A stretch of DNA of 24,000 bases from the NCBI RefSeq assembly GCF_006516965.1, contig NZ_VHLH01000013.1, forward strand, positions 29,722-53,721, read 5' to 3'. Source of the stretch: Pararhizobium mangrovi (GTDB lineage Bacteria; Pseudomonadota; Alphaproteobacteria; Rhizobiales; Rhizobiaceae). The notes under the pieces are model-generated. The model made no database searches and was not told the origin of the DNA. It saw nothing but the letters and a program-made list of their open reading frames with translations. Every line of letters begins with the position of its first letter. Within the stretch, counting starts at the first letter, position 1. Position numbers and translations under genes: made by a program. Below are positions 9,314-15,316 of the stretch, in pieces.

Positions 9314-9338
9314 AAGCGTAAAGCAAAAGGGAACAGCC

Positions 9339-10796
9339 ATGCCAAGCACAGTCATCAAGAACGGCACGATCGTCACCGCGGACCTGACCTACACGGCGGA
9401 CGTGAAGATCGAGGGCGAGACGATCACGGAGATCGGCACGAACCTTTCCGGCGACACGACGCTCGACGCGACCGGCTGTTACGTGATGCCGGGCGGCATC
9501 GACCCGCATACCCATCTCGAAATGCCGTTCATGGGCACGTATTCGACCGACGATTTCCATTCCGGGACGCAGGCGGCGCTTGCCGGCGGCACGACGATGG
9601 TCGTCGACTTCGCCATCCAGCAGCCCGGCCAGACGCTCATCGAAGCCCTGCAGATGTGGGACAACAAGTCCGGCCGCGCGCATTGCGACTTCTCGTTCCA
9701 CATGGCGATCACGGGCTGGGACGAGCAGGTCTTCGACGACATGAAGACCGTGGTGCAGGAAAAAGGCATCAACTCCTTCAAGCACTTCATGGCCTACAAG
9801 GGCGCCATGATGGTGGACGACGACGAGATGTACGCCTCGTTCCAGCGCTGCGCCGAACTCGGCGCGCTTCCCCTCGTCCACGCCGAAAACGGTGACGTCG
9901 TCGCGCAGATGCAGGCCAAGCTCATGGCCGAAGGCAATGACGGGCCGGAGGGGCACGCCTATTCCCGCCCGCCGGAGGTCGAGGGCGAGGCCGTCAACCG
10001 CGCCATCATGCTCGCCGACATGGCGGGCGTTCCGCTCTACGTCGTCCACACCTCCTGCGAGCAGGCGCACGAGGCGATCCGGCGGGCGCGCCAGAAGGGC
10101 ATGCGCGTCTATGGCGAACCGCTGATCCAGCACCTCGTCCTCGACGAGAGCGAATATTTCGACAAGGACTGGGACCATTCCGCCCGTCGCGTGATGAGCC
10201 CGCCCTTCAGGAACAAGCAGCATCAGGATTCGCTCTGGGCCGGCCTTGCCGCCGGTTCGCTGCAGTGCGTCGCAACGGACCACTGCGCCTTCACGACCGA
10301 ACAGAAGCGCTTCGGCGTCGGCGACTTCACCAAGATCCCGAACGGGACCGGTGGCCTGGAAGACCGCCTGCCGCTTCTATGGACGCACGGCGTGCGCACC
10401 GGTCGGCTGACGATGAACGAGTTCGTCGCGGTCACCTCCACCAATTCGGCGAAGATCCTCAATATGTACCCGAAGAAGGGGGCCGTGCTCGCAGGCGCCG
10501 ATGCCGACCTCGTGGTGTGGGATCCAGAAGCGACGAAGACGATCAGCGCGAAAACCCAGCAATCGGCGATCGACTACAACGTCTTCGAGGGCATGGAAGT
10601 CACCGGCCTGCCCCGCTTCACGCTGACGCGCGGCCATGTCGCCGTCGAGGAAGGCACGATGAAGAGCCGCGAGGGTCACGGTCGCTTCGTCAAGCGCGAG
10701 CCCTTCCAGTCGGTGAACAGGGCACTGTCGCAATGGAAGGAACTGATGCATCCGCGCAAGGTCGAACGCACCGGCATTCCGGCGAGCGGCGTTTGA
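9339..10796 (+). CDS. hydA: Dihydropyrimidinase (D-hydantoinase), 485 aa
   Basis: Cyclic-amidohydrolase motifs are present: GGIDPHTHLEMPF, FKHFMAYKGA (carboxylated Lys), VHAENGD, VVHTS, ATDHCAF. The N-terminus TVIKNGTIVTADLTY..DVKIEGE is typical of rhizobial dihydropyrimidinases. Confidence 0.93.
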   Translation: MPSTVIKNGTIVTADLTYTADVKIEGETITEIGTNLSGDTTLDATGCYVMPGGIDPHTHLEMPFMGTYSTDDFHSGTQAALAGGTTMVVDFAIQQPGQTLIEALQMWDNKSGRAHCDFSFHMAITGWDEQVFDDMKTVVQEKGINSFKHFMAYKGAMMVDDDEMYASFQRCAELGALPLVHAENGDVVAQMQAKLMAEGNDGPEGHAYSRPPEVEGEAVNRAIMLADMAGVPLYVVHTSCEQAHEAIRRARQKGMRVYGEPLIQHLVLDESEYFDKDWDHSARRVMSPPFRNKQHQDSLWAGLAAGSLQCVATDHCAFTTEQKRFGVGDFTKIPNGTGGLEDRLPLLWTHGVRTGRLTMNEFVAVTSTNSAKILNMYPKKGAVLAGADADLVVWDPEATKTISAKTQQSAIDYNVFEGMEVTGLPRFTLTRGHVAVEEGTMKSREGHGRFVKREPFQSVNRALSQWKELMHPRKVERTGIPASGV

Positions 10797-10857
10797 GGAC
10801 CCCCGTGTTCGAACCGGTTTTTTCGCGGGAGGTACTCTTGGTGCAAGGGAACCGCCG

Positions 10858-11724
10858 ATGGTGAACACGATCGATTCCACCGACGCGATAAGCGATCCGT
10901 TCGCAGCCGCCGGACATGGAGCCCGGCCCCATCCGCCGCATCGAAGCGAAAAGGTGATCGAGGCGAAGGGCCTCGACCTCACCTTCCAGACCGGCGACGG
11001 AGCCGTTCATGCGCTTTCAGACATTCACCTGTCCGTCGAACGCGGCGAGTTCGTCTCGCTGATCGGACCGTCCGGCTGCGGCAAGACCACGCTTCTTCGC
11101 GTGATCGCCGATCTCGAACGGCCGACGGGAGGAACGATCGCCGTCAACGGCGTTTCGCCGGCGCAGGCACGGCTTGCCCGCGCCTATGGCTACGTCTTCC
11201 AGTCGTCCGCGCTCTTTCCCTGGCGCACCATCGCCAACAACATCGCGCTGCCGCTGGAGATCATGGGGTTCGGCCGGGCGGATCGGAAGCAGCGGGTGCG
11301 CGAGAACCTCGAACTCGTCAATCTCGCGGGCTTCGAGAAGAAGTTTCCCTGGCAGCTTTCCGGCGGCATGCAGCAGCGCGCCTCGATCGCCCGCGCGTTG
11401 TCCTTCGATCCCGACATGCTGTTGATGGACGAGCCGTTCGGCGCACTCGACGAGATCGTTCGCGACCATCTGAACGAACAGCTTCTGAGGCTCTGGGCCA
11501 AGACGAAGAAGACCGTCGTCTTCGTCACGCACTCCATCCCCGAGGCCGTCTTCCTGTCGACGAAGATCGTCGTCATGAGCCCGCGCCCCGGCCGCGTCCA
11601 CGAGATCATCGACTGCGACCTCGGCGAGGACCGCCCGCTCGACATCCGCGAGAGCGAGAAGTTTCTGGAGATCGCCCATCGGGTACGCGAGGGTCTTCGC
11701 GCGGGACATTCCTATGAGGAGTAG
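10858..11724 (+). CDS. ABC transporter ATP-binding protein, NitT/TauT (nitrate/sulfonate/taurine-like) family, 288 aa
   Basis: Walker A GPSGCGKTT, signature LSGGMQQR and Walker B LLMDEPFGALD are present. The first ~32 residues are a non-conserved-looking extension. An alternative GTG at 10954 (VIEAKGL...) would give 256 aa, so the start is uncertain. Confidence 0.88.
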   Translation: MVNTIDSTDAISDPFAAAGHGARPHPPHRSEKVIEAKGLDLTFQTGDGAVHALSDIHLSVERGEFVSLIGPSGCGKTTLLRVIADLERPTGGTIAVNGVSPAQARLARAYGYVFQSSALFPWRTIANNIALPLEIMGFGRADRKQRVRENLELVNLAGFEKKFPWQLSGGMQQRASIARALSFDPDMLLMDEPFGALDEIVRDHLNEQLLRLWAKTKKTVVFVTHSIPEAVFLSTKIVVMSPRPGRVHEIIDCDLGEDRPLDIRESEKFLEIAHRVREGLRAGHSYEE

Positions 11725-11796
11725 CGTCGTCGAAGCGTCCGTCGTGGGGTGTTTACCTCCCTCTGTCCTTTCCCGCAGCCACCGTGCCTTCCGTCC

Positions 11797-12741
11797 ATGG
11801 GCAATCCGCTGATGGCAACGCTGACGACCCCTTCCGAACTCGCCCAACGCCGCCCAGTCTTCCGCGCCGGTGGCCGGTTCGACAGGCTCGTGCCGATCCT
11901 CACCGTCGTGCTGGCCATCCTCGTGCTGTGGTACGTCTTCGCCGTCATCCTCAACGCACCCGGCGAGATCGACCGGGCCGAGCGTGTCGGCCATCCGCTG
12001 AGCTTCACGCAGACGATCACCGCCACGATGGATGCGCGCCGGCCGGTGCTTCCAGCCCCCCACCAGGTCGTCGCGGAACTCTGGAAGACGACCGTCGCGA
12101 CACCGGTCACCTCCAAGCGCAGCCTGATCTACCACGCCGGAGTGACGCTTTCCTCCACCCTTCTCGGCTTCGCGCTCGGCACGGCGCTCGGCATTCTGCT
12201 CGCGATCGGCATCGTCCATTCGAAGGCGCTCGACAAGTCGCTGATGCCGTGGATCATCACCTCGCAGACCATCCCGATCATCGCGCTCGCGCCCATGGTC
12301 ATCGTGGTCCTGAACGCGATCGACATCACCGGGCTGCTGCCGAAGGCGCTGATCTCGATGTATCTCGCCTTCTTTCCCGTCGCCGTCGGCATGGTGAAGG
12401 GGCTGCGCTCGCCCGAAATCATGCATCTCGACCTGATGCACACCTATTCGGCCTCGCGCGCACAGACCTTCTGGAAGCTCAGAGGGCCCTCGGCGGTTCC
12501 CTTCCTCTTCACCTCGATGAAGGTCGCGATCGCCATCGCGCTCGTCGGCGCCATCGTCGCCGAACTGCCGACCGGCGCGGTTGCGGGTCTCGGCGCGCGG
12601 CTGCTGGCGGGCTCCTATTACGGCCAGACGGTGCAGATCTGGTCGGCGCTCATCATGGCGTCGATCTGTGCGGCACTCCTCGTCGTCATCGTCGATGCGG
12701 TCGGCAAGGTCGTCACACGGCGCATGGGTGTGCAGCCATGA
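11797..12741 (+). CDS. ABC transporter permease (BPD-type, NitT/TauT family), ~314 aa
   Basis: The protein is multi-TM and hydrophobic, with an EAA-like loop (MHTYSASRAQTFWKLRGPSAVPF). The track start at GTG 11749 lies in a C/T-rich tract that looks non-coding. I prefer ATG 11797; ATG 11812 is also possible. The stop overlaps the next start (ATGA). Confidence 0.82.
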   Translation: MGNPLMATLTTPSELAQRRPVFRAGGRFDRLVPILTVVLAILVLWYVFAVILNAPGEIDRAERVGHPLSFTQTITATMDARRPVLPAPHQVVAELWKTTVATPVTSKRSLIYHAGVTLSSTLLGFALGTALGILLAIGIVHSKALDKSLMPWIITSQTIPIIALAPMVIVVLNAIDITGLLPKALISMYLAFFPVAVGMVKGLRSPEIMHLDLMHTYSASRAQTFWKLRGPSAVPFLFTSMKVAIAIALVGAIVAELPTGAVAGLGARLLAGSYYGQTVQIWSALIMASICAALLVVIVDAVGKVVTRRMGVQP

Positions 12742-13598
12742 ACGTCGGGATCCTCGTCGCAGCCCTCGCCTTCTGGATCGCCGCGTGGGCAGTCAACATC
12801 GCGCTCTTGCGCGCCCGTCCCGAAGGCGGTGCGCTCGCCCGGGTGATCGATCTCGTCGTGCCGCTGCTCTTCGGCGCAGCCCTTCTGGCGCTCTGGGAAG
12901 GGCTCGTGCGCGGCTTCGACGTACCGCCGGTGCTTCTGCCTCCGCCCTCGATGATCTGGGAGCGGATCGTCACGTCGACAGGTACGCTCTGGGCCGATTT
13001 CCGGCAGACTTTCCTCAAGGCCGTGCTCGCCGGCTTCGCACTCGGCTGCGGCTCTGGCTTCCTCGTCGCGATCCTCGTCGATCGCGTCGGCTTCCTGCGC
13101 CGCGGCATGCTGCCGGTTGCAAACCTCATGGCCGCGCTGCCGATCGTCGGCGTCGCGCCGATCATGGTCATGTGGTTCGGCTTCGACTGGCAATCGAAGG
13201 CTGCCGTCGTCCTGGTGATGACGTTCTTCCCGATGCTCGTGAACACCGTCGCCGGCCTCGAAGTGGCCGGACGCATGGAGCGCGACCTGATGGATACCTA
13301 CGCATCGGGCTACTGGCAGGCGCTCTTGAAGCTGCGCCTGCCGGCGGCGATGCCCTTCGTCTTCAACGCGCTCAAGATCAATTCCACGCTCGCGCTGATC
13401 GGCGCGATCGTGGCGGAATTCTTCGGCACGCCGATCGTCGGCATGGGCTTTCGCATCTCCACCGAGGTCGGCCGCATGAACATCGACATGGTGTGGGCGG
13501 AGATCTTCGTCGCCGCCCTTGCGGGCTCGGCCTTCTACGGCGTGCTCGCGCTCATCGAGCGCGGCGTCACTTTCTGGCATCCGTCCTACCGGCGCTGA
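12738..13598 (+). CDS. ABC transporter permease (BPD-type, NitT/TauT family), 286 aa
   Basis: This is the real C-terminal part of track ORF 11784..13598. It starts at ATG 12738 (MNVGILVAALAFWIAAW...), overlapping the previous stop as ATGA. An EAA-like loop is present (MDTYASGYWQALLKLRLPAAMPF). Confidence 0.88.
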   Translation: MNVGILVAALAFWIAAWAVNIALLRARPEGGALARVIDLVVPLLFGAALLALWEGLVRGFDVPPVLLPPPSMIWERIVTSTGTLWADFRQTFLKAVLAGFALGCGSGFLVAILVDRVGFLRRGMLPVANLMAALPIVGVAPIMVMWFGFDWQSKAAVVLVMTFFPMLVNTVAGLEVAGRMERDLMDTYASGYWQALLKLRLPAAMPFVFNALKINSTLALIGAIVAEFFGTPIVGMGFRISTEVGRMNIDMVWAEIFVAALAGSAFYGVLALIERGVTFWHPSYRR

Positions 13599-13641
13599 CC
13601 GGCAACCATAAAGGCGGAGCCTTCAACCAGAGGAGAACGGC

Positions 13642-14652
13642 ATGAACAAACTGATCGGAGCAACGCTGGTTCTGGCACTCGGCCTGTCGGCCGGCGTGGC
13701 GAACGCGGCGGACGACGTTACGCTTCAGCTCAAATGGGTGACGCAGGCGCAGTTCGCCGGCTATTACGTCGCGCAGGACAAGGGCTACTACAAGGACGCC
13801 GATCTCGACGTCACGATCAAGCCCGGCGGGCCGGACATCGCGCCCGAACAGGTGATCGCCGGCGGCGGCGCCGACGTCATCGTCGACTGGATGGCTGCCG
13901 CACTTGCCGCGCGCGAACGCGGCGTGCCGCTCGTCAACATCGCCCAGCCCTTCAAGCATTCGGGCCTGCTTCTCGTCTGCCGCAAGGATTCCGGTATCAC
14001 CAAGCCGGCCGACTTCAAGGACCATACGCTCGGCGTCTGGTACTACGGCAACGAGTATCCCTTCTTCGCCTGGATGGCCAAGCTCGGCATTCCGACCGAT
14101 GGCGGCGACAACGGCGTGAAGGTGCTCAAGCAGGGCTTCAACGTCGACCCGCTCGTCCAGAAGCAGGCCGCCTGCATCTCGGCCATGACCTACAACGAAT
14201 ACGGCCAGATCCTCGACGCGGGCTTCAAGCCGGACGACCTGACCGTCTTCAACTACCGCGACCAGGGCGTCGGCATGTTGGAAGACGGCCTCTACGTCAT
14301 GGGCCCGAAGCTCGACGATCCGAAGTTCGTCGACAAGATGGCCCGCTTCGTGAAGGCCTCGATGAAGGGCTGGAAATACGCCGAGGAACACCCCGACGAG
14401 GCGGCCCAGATCGTCGTCGACAACGACTCTTCCGGTGCGCAGACGCTCGACCATCAGGAATACATGATGAAGGAGGTCGACAAGCTCCTGAAGGGTTCGA
14501 ACGGCGTGCTCGATCCCGAAAACTACAAGGAGACGGTCAACACGCTCCTTTCGGCCGACAAGGGCTCGGACAACCCGGCGATCACCAAGAAGCCGGAAGG
14601 CGCATGGACGCACAAGGTCACCGACAAGGTCGACGACAAGCCGCAGCTCTGA
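13642..14652 (+). CDS. ABC transporter periplasmic substrate-binding protein, NMT1/THI5-like fold, 336 aa
   Basis: An AGAGGAG Shine-Dalgarno precedes the start. A Sec signal peptide is present (MNKLIGATLVLALGLSAGVANA/ADD). The mature start LQLKWVTQAQFAGYYVAQDKGYYKD is typical of NMT1/SsuA-like binding proteins. Confidence 0.9.
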   Translation: MNKLIGATLVLALGLSAGVANAADDVTLQLKWVTQAQFAGYYVAQDKGYYKDADLDVTIKPGGPDIAPEQVIAGGGADVIVDWMAAALAARERGVPLVNIAQPFKHSGLLLVCRKDSGITKPADFKDHTLGVWYYGNEYPFFAWMAKLGIPTDGGDNGVKVLKQGFNVDPLVQKQAACISAMTYNEYGQILDAGFKPDDLTVFNYRDQGVGMLEDGLYVMGPKLDDPKFVDKMARFVKASMKGWKYAEEHPDEAAQIVVDNDSSGAQTLDHQEYMMKEVDKLLKGSNGVLDPENYKETVNTLLSADKGSDNPAITKKPEGAWTHKVTDKVDDKPQL

Positions 14653-14664
14653 GCGACTCGCAAG

Positions 14665-14699
14665 CCCGATCGCGGCCGGGGCATCCGGTCGCGATCGGG
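14665..14699. terminator. GC-rich hairpin between convergent genes (possible bidirectional terminator)
   Basis: cccgatcgcggccgg / ccggtcgcgatcggg forms a 15-bp stem with one mismatch and loop ggcat. It lies in the 57-bp gap between the binding-protein stop (14652) and the pqiC stop (14710). No U-tract follows on either strand. Confidence 0.4.
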
Positions 14700-14709
14700 C
14701 GAGTGCACC

Positions 14710-15282
14710 CTATCGCAGTCCCTTGCGGACGATCTGTTCGGCCAGCCTGGAGACCGCCGCGGCGCGTGCCGCGGCAATCGCGGCTGCAGAACCCGGATCG
14801 GACAGCGGCACCGAAATCGAGAACGAGCGCGCCCGATCCCCGCCGTCGTTTTCAGGCGCGACGAAATACTGGCCGGCGATGCGAAATCCACCCGTCGCCG
14901 TGGCGAGCATCTCGTCCATGCGCACGTCGATCCTGGCATCCGGCTCGGCGCGGAACGGCCAAGGCTCCGGCGCGATCTTCGCGCCGGTGACGGCGGAAAG
15001 GTCGCGCGAAAGCTGCAGGGTCATGGCGCGCGACGGATCGTCGGCCCACAGCGGCCCGAGTGCGACGATCGACCCATCGGCCTTCTGTTCGTAGATATCC
15101 TGCGAATCCGCGTAGCTCGGCAGCGTCACCGCGGCGACGACGGCGCTCGCATAGTGCGAGGCGATGTGCTGCGACGGCGCCAGCGCAAGGCTCGCAAAAC
15201 GCACCTCCTTGCTCGCACAGCCGCCGAGCGCCAGCGTGGCCAGGGCCAGCGGGACGAGGGCTAAGGGGGCAAGGGTCTTCAT
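14710..15282 (-). CDS. pqiC: PqiC/YmbA-family outer-membrane lipoprotein (ABC-type transport auxiliary component, DUF330), 190 aa
   Basis: This is track ORF 14710..15546 trimmed to the ATG at complement 15280-15282. A lipoprotein signal is present: MKTLAPLALVPLALATLALGG/C. The gene lies immediately downstream of pqiB. An alternative ATG at 15315 (MPRNRSVFPPT-MKT...) sits 1 nt after the pqiB stop. Confidence 0.8.
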   Translation of the reverse strand: MKTLAPLALVPLALATLALGGCASKEVRFASLALAPSQHIASHYASAVVAAVTLPSYADSQDIYEQKADGSIVALGPLWADDPSRAMTLQLSRDLSAVTGAKIAPEPWPFRAEPDARIDVRMDEMLATATGGFRIAGQYFVAPENDGGDRARSFSISVPLSDPGSAAAIAAARAAAVSRLAEQIVRKGLR

Positions 15283-15316
15283 CGTCGGCGGGAAAACGGA
15301 TCGGTTACGCGGCATA

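Noticed and set aside
10801-10830. A T6 run (10818-10823) after hydA that might mark a rho-independent terminator separating the enzymes from the ABC transporter.
   Set aside because: No stable GC-rich stem immediately precedes the T run; only the short palindromes ttcgaa and aaccggtt are present. This is insufficient to call a terminator, so read-through into the transporter genes is assumed.
11784-13598. A 604-aa plus-strand ORF suggesting a fused giant permease.
   Set aside because: Its first 318 codons are an out-of-frame, Arg/Pro-rich read through permease 1. Hydrophobic permease sequence begins only at ATG 12738, which overlaps the permease-1 stop as ATGA. Only 12738..13598 is called.
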